Source of the DNA: Patescibacteria group bacterium
GTDB taxonomy: Bacteria; Patescibacteriota; WWE3; UBA101185; UBA10185
DNA: 64,000 nt
NCBI GenBank assembly: GCA_032117075.1
Contig: JAUMAA010000002.1
Location: 24,005 to 88,004, forward strand
Direction of reading: 5' to 3'
Position numbers and translations under genes: made by a program. Below the pieces are notes generated by a model. The model searched no databases. It saw only the letters and a list, made by a program, of their open reading frames with translations, and was not told the origin of the DNA. This document shows, piece after piece, positions 56,008-64,000 of the stretch (its first letter is position 1; every line of letters starts with the position of its first letter).

Positions 56008-57856
56008 TTTGTAATTCTTGATTAAAACCATTTTGTATTTTATTTTTATCTTCTTCTTTTTGTCTTAAAATTTCTTCAGGATTTGTTGTAATTACTTTAT
56101 GCTCTTCCTCGGAAGCTTTTATTTCAATCCAGACATGGTTTCTGCCTGCAAAAAAGATTCCTTCCCCCTTGTTTGCTGCTAGAAGTTTACTCTTTTCTCC
56201 TTCTGAAAGTCCAAAAGTTTTTCCTACCAGGTCTATTGAAGCTTCTACTTGTTTCATCAAAACAACAATTGATGAGTTTGAGATTATAGCCCCTCCTTGA
56301 GGTGATACAAGGAAGTCATTTACATCTTGTGTTATACAAGTAATTCCCAAATAATATTTTCTAGCCCTTTTAACTAATCCGTACATAAACTTGGCTGAGT
56401 CTTCTCTTTGCATCATAAACCAAGCCTCTTCAACAATTAATATTCTTTTTTTCAAATCTTTTTTAATTTTTGTCCAGATAAAATCTAGAATTAAAAAGAA
56501 TGCTAATGGTTTTAGAACTTCTTCAAGATTTTGAACTGAGAAGACTGTCATTTTTGAATTAATTTGAATGTTAGATTGGGCATTAAAGATTCCTCCAAGA
56601 GAACCTTTCACATATCTTTCTAATTTGTCAGTTAGTAATCTAGCCTCAGGCTCATTTCCTGCTTGGAGAATCTTATAAAGATCTTCCATTAGTGGCGGTT
56701 CATTACCAATTTGTGTTTCAGGGTCTTTTGTAATACCCTTGATTCTGTAAGCTTCAGTTAGTGCTCTATCAAGAACAGCTTCCTCTCCTGGGGAAAGTTC
56801 TCCGACCATGATTTTAATCATAGAGTGGAGAATTGTAATTTTGGAATCAAGAACATCTTCACCTTCTTCAACACTTAGTGATAAATCAAAAGGATTTAAT
56901 TTATTTTGAGATCTAGCGGAGAAAGAGATGAAATTTCCACCTACCATATTGACCAAATCTTTGTATTCCGATTCAGGATCTATAACTAGAATTTCTACTC
57001 CCTGGACAAGGTATCTGAGTGCTTCTAGTTTAACCATATATGATTTTCCGCTACCTGAGGTTGCAAAAACAACAGAATTAGAATTTGGCATTGAAAATCT
57101 ATCAAAAATAACTAAAGAATTATTTATTTTATTAATTCCGTACATTATTCCGTTTTCTGATGAGAGCATTGATGAGGTAAAAGGAAATGTTGTAGCAAGA
57201 GAAGTGGTATCCATATTTCTTGTAATCATCAATTTATCTAGTCCCTGAGGTATTGTTGTAGAAAAAGCTTGATCCATTTGTAATGAAGCATATTTTGGAA
57301 TAAGTAATAAAGTTCCAAGTGTTTGCATAAGATCGGCTGAGATATAATTTAACTCTTCCAAATTTTTAGCAGGAATTGTTATGTAGAAGGAAAATTGAAA
57401 GAATTTTTCCATTCCTTTAACAATACTATCCTGGGCTGCCTGTGCATCTTCAAGTGCGGCTCTAACAGATGCATCCTCGATTCTTCCTTTTTCTATATCT
57501 ATAGTTCTCTGAGTTTCAAGCTCAGTAATTTTTCTTCTTAATCCATCTAGAATTTCTTTTGATTTTACAGGGTAATAAAACATGGAGATATCAAGAGAGT
57601 GTTCGTAATTAATGATAGGAGATAGCCAGTTAACCCCGACAAATCTTGGATACCCTGAGATAAAAATTGTTCTGTAATACCAATCATCGATTTTTACATA
57701 AGTGAAATCATTTTCTACTGCCCCAGGAGCTAAAATATCCTGGATATCAATCATTCCTTTTGCAAACTCTTTTGCAGCAGACTCATATTGCTCAGTCTTA
57801 TTTGATTTTGTTGTTTCTTGCTTATCGTTATTTTTTTTAAATATATCTAAAATCAT
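55988..57856 (-). CDS. virB4: Type IV secretion/conjugation ATPase, VirB4/TrbE/CagE family
   Basis: Walker A ATSGSGKSYMV, Walker B ILVIDPESEY...IVEEAW, and overall VirB4-like length (622 aa). Confidence 0.8.
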   Translation of the reverse strand: MILDIFKKNNDKQETTKSNKTEQYESAAKEFAKGMIDIQDILAPGAVENDFTYVKIDDWYYRTIFISGYPRFVGVNWLSPIINYEHSLDISMFYYPVKSKEILDGLRRKITELETQRTIDIEKGRIEDASVRAALEDAQAAQDSIVKGMEKFFQFSFYITIPAKNLEELNYISADLMQTLGTLLLIPKYASLQMDQAFSTTIPQGLDKLMITRNMDTTSLATTFPFTSSMLSSENGIMYGINKINNSLVIFDRFSMPNSNSVVFATSGSGKSYMVKLEALRYLVQGVEILVIDPESEYKDLVNMVGGNFISFSARSQNKLNPFDLSLSVEEGEDVLDSKITILHSMIKIMVGELSPGEEAVLDRALTEAYRIKGITKDPETQIGNEPPLMEDLYKILQAGNEPEARLLTDKLERYVKGSLGGIFNAQSNIQINSKMTVFSVQNLEEVLKPLAFFLILDFIWTKIKKDLKKRILIVEEAWFMMQREDSAKFMYGLVKRARKYYLGITCITQDVNDFLVSPQGGAIISNSSIVVLMKQVEASIDLVGKTFGLSEGEKSKLLAANKGEGIFFAGRNHVWIEIKASEEEHKVITTNPEEILRQKEEDKNKIQNGFNQELQTTTSLA

Positions 57857-58545
57857 ATTATGTTTGGCTCTACTAAAGGAGACTTATAATCTGCGATTGA
57901 CTCACCAATTTTAATCTTACCAGAACTTTCTTTGTAACTATCAAAATATAACTTTACTAATTCCACAGTAGTCATTCTTTTAGCACTAATATGTATTTTT
58001 TCGAACAATCTAATTAATGTATCAATTTTAGGTATCAAGTCACCTCTAGTATCTGCAATTATTCTATCTACATCAATTTCCTTTGCTCTTTGATTTTGTT
58101 TACCTATCAATTTACTAAAAAATTCAAAAGGGTTTTTTCCTATTTGTTCATATTCAACGTAACCACTTGGGATAACTAAATAAAATTGTTTATCTAAAAC
58201 TTTATTTACTTTGATTGTTTTTTGAATAAATTTTCTATATGCCTCAGCTTGCTGTCTAAGTAGAGGGTCTGTTACTTTTTGTTCAATATCTAATAATTTA
58301 TTTACATACTTTTCAATATTCATAGCTCTTGATTTGATAACAACTTGGACAGTAAAATTCAGTGAGTTTATAATCTCTGCATAGGTAGAGATAATTGCAT
58401 CCTGCTCCCTTGATGAAAGTAAATCAAAATTAATTGAGTTAAGTTGGAGTACAGCCGCAACTTTTCCATTTTTTAAAATTACTAAATCATTTTTAATATC
58501 GTAAATATCTATAAAATCTTGTGTTGAGTCGTAAGTATTATCCAT
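57853..58545 (-). CDS. Hypothetical protein in the T4SS-like operon, translationally coupled to virB4
   Basis: 230 aa, soluble. Its stop overlaps the virB4 start by 4 nt. Confidence 0.4.
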   Translation of the reverse strand: MDNTYDSTQDFIDIYDIKNDLVILKNGKVAAVLQLNSINFDLLSSREQDAIISTYAEIINSLNFTVQVVIKSRAMNIEKYVNKLLDIEQKVTDPLLRQQAEAYRKFIQKTIKVNKVLDKQFYLVIPSGYVEYEQIGKNPFEFFSKLIGKQNQRAKEIDVDRIIADTRGDLIPKIDTLIRLFEKIHISAKRMTTVELVKLYFDSYKESSGKIKIGESIADYKSPLVEPNII

Positions 58546-59818
58546 TTTGTTTTTTGCCTATTACCTTAATTTGAGGATAAGGGAATCCAAGAATATTTAA
58601 GTTTATTATATCAAAATTTAAATTATGAAGATAAGGGTTTGCAATTTTAATTTGGTACATTCCCGTATTTAAGTTAAAGAAGATAAATTTACCATCTTTA
58701 TCTGAAATGCTATTTGCTAATAATGCATTCTGACTATAAATTTGTAAATCTAGACCCTCTAGAGGGGTACCTTGCTCACTTAATGCAATTCCTGCTAAAT
58801 TATTTTCCCTTTTTTCCTCATTAAGGTTGATAGTTCTAAATGACTCAACTCCATATGTTACTTTAGCTTCCTTAGTAATTTGTTCCAGTTCCTTTGCGAG
58901 TGTTTTGATATCTTTTCTGGGGGCACTTGATTCAATAATAGGTGTTCTATCAAAGATATTTATAGATTTTTCACCTCTTATCGGCAGAATTAATTCTTCA
59001 GCTTCTTTTTTTGAGAAACTGATAAATTTTCTTCCTGGTGAGGTGGAGATAGAAGTTCTAAGTTGATCCTGAGTATCCTCAGTAGCAGGTTTTTTACCAA
59101 AGAATTTTAATTTTTGCGGAAATATTTTTGAAATTTCAGGTGAAACTATTTGTTTTTTAAATTCAATCTTAGGTTTAGAAACATCCTGATCCTCAGTTTT
59201 AGTAGTTGGTGTAAAAAGTACAACTTCTTCGAATGATGGTTCCTTTTCTATAACTTGAGTGGTTGTAGGGATTTGTTTTGCTTCTTCTCTTTTTACTAAA
59301 GTTTCTGCAAGTGAAGGTCTTACATCAACAAATTTTCTCGATGTAAAATTGAAGTCAAATTCATCAGGCTTTTCTTCGAAAGCACTAATTCCTTTAATAT
59401 ACTCTTCAACTTTTCTACGATTTGAAGTTGAAGTAGTAGCAATCATACCTGCTTGAATAAATTCAACTGATTTCATGGAAAATGCTCTAGGAATTTCAAC
59501 TGATTTTTTATAAACTCTCTGATTAACTCCATAGATTGCTTTAAGAAGATTAACGATCCACTCGTCAGCACCTCTATCATCTATTGGGACTCCAATTAAA
59601 ACAAATGTTAGTAAACCAAAGAAAGCAACTAAGGGCCATTTAACAATAGCAGGCATAGGAGCAATATAGAATAGATAAGTAGGTCCTCCAAAAGCAACAA
59701 GATACACAAATTGTCTCATTGTAAGGTCACCAATTATTTTGAATTCTACATCCATGAAATTTTGAGGAATAGGATGTTGAGAATTTCTCGAGGTGTTTTG
59801 GGCATTTTTATCATCCAT
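58538..59818 (-). CDS. Membrane protein with a VirB3-like N-terminal helical hairpin and a C-terminal carboxypeptidase-regulatory-like beta-sandwich domain
   Basis: N-terminus MRQFVYLVAFGGPTYLFY...WPLVAFFGLLTFVLIGVPIDD (two TM helices, VirB3/PrgI-like). C-terminus GKFIFFNLNTGMYQIKIANPYL resembles CarbopepD_reg/Cna-B-like folds. Confidence 0.4.
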   Translation of the reverse strand: MDDKNAQNTSRNSQHPIPQNFMDVEFKIIGDLTMRQFVYLVAFGGPTYLFYIAPMPAIVKWPLVAFFGLLTFVLIGVPIDDRGADEWIVNLLKAIYGVNQRVYKKSVEIPRAFSMKSVEFIQAGMIATTSTSNRRKVEEYIKGISAFEEKPDEFDFNFTSRKFVDVRPSLAETLVKREEAKQIPTTTQVIEKEPSFEEVVLFTPTTKTEDQDVSKPKIEFKKQIVSPEISKIFPQKLKFFGKKPATEDTQDQLRTSISTSPGRKFISFSKKEAEELILPIRGEKSINIFDRTPIIESSAPRKDIKTLAKELEQITKEAKVTYGVESFRTINLNEEKRENNLAGIALSEQGTPLEGLDLQIYSQNALLANSISDKDGKFIFFNLNTGMYQIKIANPYLHNLNFDIINLNILGFPYPQIKVIGKKQNG

Positions 59819-59842
59819 ATTTAATGTCTCAGTTTAATCTAC

Positions 59843-61222
59843 CTAGTTCCCGCTTTTGGAACTTGAACCAATAGGTTCTGCCCCAGTTACATTTTTAGCA
59901 AAAGTATTTGCCCATTGTTCGGTGTTATCTGCATACTGGTAGATAATAATTGAAACAACTAAAGGTGATAAGATTGCTAATCCGATTGCTCCAAACATAG
60001 CACCGTAACCAGTAGATCCCCAATTATAGATTAATGCAGCATAGATCATTGGCCCTGTTCTTATTGCCTGGAGTAGGAAGCTTCTTGATACTAGTGCAAC
60101 TAATGTAGAGAAGTATCTCCTAATTTGCAGAGCTCCCGCCTCTCCTGGGAGAAGTGATGCTGCAATTAATACAGGTGAGGCGAAGGTGAAAACAAATATT
60201 CCGATAAGATTTGTAAATAACATCCACCATAAAACAATCAAACGGTAAAGACACCAAATACCAAGAATGCACATTAGGATTATTATTCCTGCACCCACAG
60301 GATTTGCGGATAAGAAAAATACAAAGATAATAGCGATAATCAGTTGTAGAACATTTACAACAAGCGAACCCTCTATTCCACCAAACATGTAAAGAATTAA
60401 AGGGGCAAAACCTTCATTAATATGGATGTATAGAAGTGCTTCTCCAATTGTGTAAGAGAACTGAATTAATATAACTGAAATTATGACTCTAGGAATAGCT
60501 TGCTCCAAAGAAAGTCTCCATTTAGCATTATTATCTAGGAAACTATTTGATGACATTAATGTTAATCCAAGTACGATACTTAATAACCCAATCATTGCAT
60601 ATGCAACATTTCTAAAATTTTTCCAAAGATTGAATGCAGTGTCTCTCCAAAATTCTCCCATAAACCAAAGATCTTGTGTTGAAGGTTGCTGGGCAAAAAC
60701 TTCTTTTGCTACTGGTATGTTTTCAACTGATTTGTATACAAAGTAAGTATTATCAAAAGAGTTTTTTGCTATTTCACTGTTAATGTTATATAGATAATTT
60801 GTCATAGCTAATGCACTAAAACCATCTGATCCTGATGTTGTGAAAACTAATCCTGATTTATCTACTTCTGGATTAAGATAGGTAATTGCATTACATATAT
60901 TATTTAAATCAATTTCCTGGTTATTATTTCTAAAATTTTCATTTTCTTTTACACATTTTTTCATATTATCAAATGAAGCACCAAATACCATTGCCGGTAC
61001 TGATCTAACTATTTGACCTGCAATTACAGTACATCCTGCCATAACAATGTTATTTTGACCTGAACATACACCATTTGAATAATTCTGTTCATAATCTATC
61101 GGAACTACAGGCATTCTATCTGAAAGGTCACTTGGTACTCTAAGAGACTGAGAATTAACTAAGGTGAATGAACTAAATATTAATAAAAATATTATTAAAT
61201 AAAATTTACTTGTTTTTTTCAT
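59843..61222 (-). CDS. VirB6/TrbL-like polytopic membrane protein with an N-terminal signal peptide and an ectodomain of about 180 aa
   Basis: Signal peptide MKKTSKFYLIIFLLIFSSFTLVNS, then a soluble domain, then 6 or more TM helices in the C-terminal half. Same strand and operon as virB4. Confidence 0.45.
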   Translation of the reverse strand: MKKTSKFYLIIFLLIFSSFTLVNSQSLRVPSDLSDRMPVVPIDYEQNYSNGVCSGQNNIVMAGCTVIAGQIVRSVPAMVFGASFDNMKKCVKENENFRNNNQEIDLNNICNAITYLNPEVDKSGLVFTTSGSDGFSALAMTNYLYNINSEIAKNSFDNTYFVYKSVENIPVAKEVFAQQPSTQDLWFMGEFWRDTAFNLWKNFRNVAYAMIGLLSIVLGLTLMSSNSFLDNNAKWRLSLEQAIPRVIISVILIQFSYTIGEALLYIHINEGFAPLILYMFGGIEGSLVVNVLQLIIAIIFVFFLSANPVGAGIIILMCILGIWCLYRLIVLWWMLFTNLIGIFVFTFASPVLIAASLLPGEAGALQIRRYFSTLVALVSRSFLLQAIRTGPMIYAALIYNWGSTGYGAMFGAIGLAILSPLVVSIIIYQYADNTEQWANTFAKNVTGAEPIGSSSKSGN

Positions 61223-61293
61223 AATCTTAATTTTATTCTACACCTGATTTTCAATTTTGTATTATATTAATTTTTTAAATTATAATATAAATT

Positions 61294-64000
61294 ATGGCAA
61301 GTCCTTATATCAGTTTAGTAGAAGAAATTTTCCAAGAAAGTGTAATTGAAGCCCTAAGTGAATACGGAATTAATGTACCGGACAGGTCTTCTGATGATTA
61401 TTCTAATTTTGATCAAAAGAAAATTTTTCTAAGAGAAGCTGTATTAAATAAATTAGTTTATCAATGGACATACGATCCTGGATTTAGAGCTAAAATAGGT
61501 TACCACTTAGACCCGACTACTGGAAAATATGTTGCCGATGACTTAGATGTTGTTAGAGATTTGGTTTTGGAATATGTAAGAAATGAGATTAGGTTTGAGA
61601 CAGATAGAATGCAAGTCGATGCAGAAAGAAAAGTCTTAGAAAATATTGCTGGAGGGGAATACTTTAAGAAAAAAGGTGTACAAAAATTAATAGATAATTT
61701 CACAGATATTGTTTCTCCTGGTTCAAAAAATACTAAAAAACTTTTAGGCACAAAAGTATCAGACCATACAGCTCTTAGAAATGCTTTACTTGATGTTGTA
61801 TTCACCAAAACAAATGACGGATTAGAAGTTGAAATTGGTAAAATGGATCAATTTAGAGGCAAGGATCAAAGGCCAAAGGTTTCTCCAACTACTGGAGCTC
61901 CTACAGAACTTAAAACAGGTCAAACATTTCAGGAAGCTGTTGTTGATATTCTTCAGTCAAAAACTAAAGCCACTCAGCAATCATCTCCTTATATTTCAAA
62001 GGCCGAGGAAATCAAAAGAGTTTTTGATGAGACACCTGAAGTAAAAGCTGTAAAAAAGGAGATAGAAGCTTTAAGAAAAAGTTATGGTATTTCAGTAGTT
62101 TCTGGAGGAACTTCGAGTATTACAACTCAAATAGAAGCTAAATATGCTGAACTTGAAAACTTATTCGAAACACTTCCTATTTCGATTGCAGGTACTCCTG
62201 CTACTTCCTCAGCAAAAGGTCTTCTTGATGTTGAAATGACAAGGTTAAATGCTTCCTTAATTCCTGGAGCTGCTCCTACGGGTATTGTGGTACCTAAAAG
62301 AGATCATCTATTTTTTAATTCCGGCAATGCCGTATTTGCAGATATTTGGGAGGGGGATCCAGATACACAATTAAAGATATCTCAATATACTGCTCAAAGG
62401 GATAAATACCCAGCGGGAACTCTGCTTCATGCTCACTACAACAACTTAGTTACAAAATACACTTCCAATTTGTATTCTTACTCGACTACTGGAAGTTCTA
62501 GGGAACCTTTTTCATACTCTTTTAAAAATGGTGATCTGGTGGTTGTTGATAGAATTAGAGCTAGATACGAAAGAGGTGTGAAAAACCTAGCTCAAGAATT
62601 AAAATTTGTTGATGTTTCAACCGCATTAAATAATTGGAGAATTCAGAGTTTAGAAGCCCATGCAGGTCAGTTAATGACTTTAAGATCGCATCTTCTTGGT
62701 AAGGCAGTACTGACTGCTAGCGAAAGAGAATTACTTAAAAAAACGGAAGCTTTGATTGAGAGGTTTAATACACATTCCCAAGCAATTTCATTACTTGAAG
62801 GAATGAGAAGGGTTCCTGCTTCCGACCCAAGATATGCTTCAATGAAAGCAGATTTTATTTCTAAAATTAATCTATTTACCACTGATACAGCTAAACAAAC
62901 AGAAATTTTAAATGCATTAAATTCACGTAATTACTTAGCTTTAAGATATTTAATAGGTTCTGGATCGGGAAATAAAGATACCGATAAGAGTATCGATGCT
63001 CTTTACAAAGATTTTTATGAAGCAGGTGATCATGCTCACCGAGTACATAAAGAAGGAGGTTCAGTTGATAACTTTTTTGAAGACTTTAATAGGTGGACCA
63101 AAAAAGCTTCAATTGACAATGAGATAATTGCCCAATTTATTGCTAGGAGATATGTTGAAAATACGATTTACGCAGTACAACTAATTACCGATACTAAATA
63201 TTTAAAATCTGAAATTAAAAGAAAATTTCATGAGGAAGTAAAGAGAAGGTTAGAGACAACTCTAGTAAGTTACTTTCCTGAAAATAATTTGTTTGGTGCT
63301 CAGGTAGGGTTTGTATATGATTTACTAAGAGAGAAAGATAGAATGAAATACCTAAAAGAGAAGGGATGGAAAGCTTTTCTTGAATTAGGTAGGGAATACT
63401 ATAACAAAACAGAGCTAGCTAAAAACTTAAAAGAATTCCAACTCTTAGGTCAGTCTGTCTCTATCGATCTTTTAGAATTTGCTCAAAATCCTTGGGTCTA
63501 TTTTAAAGGAAGGGTTACTGTATTTTTTAGAAGTACCGTCTCCAACTTTCTTAACAAAAACTACAGAAGACTAGTTGAATCTTTTACCTCATTAACCAGA
63601 AGAATAAAAAAAGCTCTTTGGGGACTAAAAGATAATATTAGAAACTATACTATCTCTTTCTTAGAAAAATCTGGAACAAGAGTTGGAGCTTACCTAGCAA
63701 GAGTGTTAGCCGGAGTAGCAATTCCAGTAGCAGGTTGGGTGGTAACTGCTGTGCTTTTGGTTTTACCTACACTACTTAAACCTATCTTTGGAGATGTTGA
63801 TTTTGGAACTATGATTAAGAAGTTTTTTAAATTCTTACTTTTTGGTCCTTGTTTAGTTTTATTAGTAATTTGGTTTATGGTTCTCGTTCCAATTATTTCT
63901 TTATTTGCAAATTTTTGGTCAAGTATTTGGGATTTTCTAGGTGTAGATTACTTTACTAAAACTTCACTTGAGGTTTCTTACCTAAATGACTGGACTTTTG
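61294..64000 (+). CDS. Large protein (over 900 aa, runs past the window end) with a soluble N-terminal region and C-terminal TM helices; divergent from the T4SS-like operon
   Basis: Hand-translated open frame from the ATG at 61294 with no in-frame stop to the window end. Hydrophobic helices near 63690-63950 (AGVAIPVAGWVVTAVLLVLPTLL, LVLLVIWFMVLVPIISLF). Not in the ORF track because it is edge-truncated. Confidence 0.5.
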   Translation, partial: MASPYISLVEEIFQESVIEALSEYGINVPDRSSDDYSNFDQKKIFLREAVLNKLVYQWTYDPGFRAKIGYHLDPTTGKYVADDLDVVRDLVLEYVRNEIRFETDRMQVDAERKVLENIAGGEYFKKKGVQKLIDNFTDIVSPGSKNTKKLLGTKVSDHTALRNALLDVVFTKTNDGLEVEIGKMDQFRGKDQRPKVSPTTGAPTELKTGQTFQEAVVDILQSKTKATQQSSPYISKAEEIKRVFDETPEVKAVKKEIEALRKSYGISVVSGGTSSITTQIEAKYAELENLFETLPISIAGTPATSSAKGLLDVEMTRLNASLIPGAAPTGIVVPKRDHLFFNSGNAVFADIWEGDPDTQLKISQYTAQRDKYPAGTLLHAHYNNLVTKYTSNLYSYSTTGSSREPFSYSFKNGDLVVVDRIRARYERGVKNLAQELKFVDVSTALNNWRIQSLEAHAGQLMTLRSHLLGKAVLTASERELLKKTEALIERFNTHSQAISLLEGMRRVPASDPRYASMKADFISKINLFTTDTAKQTEILNALNSRNYLALRYLIGSGSGNKDTDKSIDALYKDFYEAGDHAHRVHKEGGSVDNFFEDFNRWTKKASIDNEIIAQFIARRYVENTIYAVQLITDTKYLKSEIKRKFHEEVKRRLETTLVSYFPENNLFGAQVGFVYDLLREKDRMKYLKEKGWKAFLELGREYYNKTELAKNLKEFQLLGQSVSIDLLEFAQNPWVYFKGRVTVFFRSTVSNFLNKNYRRLVESFTSLTRRIKKALWGLKDNIRNYTISFLEKSGTRVGAYLARVLAGVAIPVAGWVVTAVLLVLPTLLKPIFGDVDFGTMIKKFFKFLLFGPCLVLLVIWFMVLVPIISLFANFWSSIWDFLGVDYFTKTSLEVSYLNDWTF

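Noticed and set aside
7391-60746. Numerous 60-140-aa track ORFs: 7391..7633, 8666..8875, 11718..11912, 14118..14405, 15380..15688, 17111..17305, 17747..17935, 19968..20150, 23071..23265, 24253..24513, 27955..28140, 34716..34898, 35557..35757, 42633..42824, 44350..44730, 45337..45747, 46028..46210, 47772..47981, 48586..48870, 49250..49519, 52185..52583, 54870..55220, 56928..57248, 57702..57914, 58827..59066, 59259..59456 and 60483..60746
   Set aside because: All are embedded in or antisense to well-supported longer genes. None has a convincing RBS or a recognisable motif.
61500-62882. ORFs 61500..61808(-), 61829..62044(+) and 62667..62882(-)
   Set aside because: They overlap the long hand-translated plus-strand gene starting at 61294.
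1-64000. CRISPR arrays, IS elements or transposases, integrases, rRNA genes
   Set aside because: By eye I found no regularly spaced direct repeats, terminal inverted repeats with a transposase or integrase ORF, or rRNA-like sequence.

Overview
This is a gene-dense, very AT-rich bacterial window (roughly 28-32% GC by eye) read in the standard genetic code. Edge-truncated ORFs are missing from the supplied six-frame track, so two large edge genes (1..3350 on - and 61294..64000 on +) were recovered by hand translation. Gene content suggests a small-genome, CPR/Patescibacteria-like or reduced Gram-positive-like lineage; this is an inference from minimal aminoacyl-tRNA synthetases, many short membrane proteins, a VirB4-type ATPase and a FemAB-like enzyme. 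Clearly recognisable features: (1) groES-groEL, metG, valS, rplY/ctc, rsmA/ksgA, a TrmH-family RNA methyltransferase, tatD, rnhA, rmuC plus a UvrD-like helicase fused to a Cas4/AddB-type Fe-S nuclease domain; (2) a replication-origin neighbourhood with dnaA on - and rpmH-rnpA-yidD-yidC-dnaN on +, and a cluster of perfect and near-perfect DnaA boxes just downstream of dnaA; (3) tRNA-Asn(GTT) and tRNA-Cys(GCA); (4) a large cell-envelope glycan locus (two GT2 enzymes, two methyltransferases, a GT4-like enzyme, two very large polytopic GT-C-like membrane proteins, a processive QxxRW-type GT2, a MraY/WecA-family transferase with an N-terminal extension, and a UbiA-family enzyme with a DPPR-synthase-like N-terminus); (5) a type IV secretion-like operon (VirB4 ATPase, VirB6-like and VirB3-like membrane proteins) directly beside the origin. 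The most unusual item is a pair of long-range paralogues, 35147..36982 and 45062..46717. They have no signal peptide and share a His/Tyr/Glu-rich C-terminal domain I cannot assign to any family. The first copy sits after tRNA-Cys and is translationally coupled (TAA then ATG) to a 102-aa acidic ORF, which is a toxin/effector-plus-immunity-like layout. Other oddities: a roughly 45% GC mini-island carrying a 118-aa GTG-start gene with a strong RBS and a perfect 12-bp terminator hairpin; GC-rich tandem hairpins after rsmA; an epimerase-TM-ectodomain fusion; and a translationally coupled nucleotidyltransferase-RNase H-membrane protein operon. No CRISPR array, IS element or rRNA was seen.
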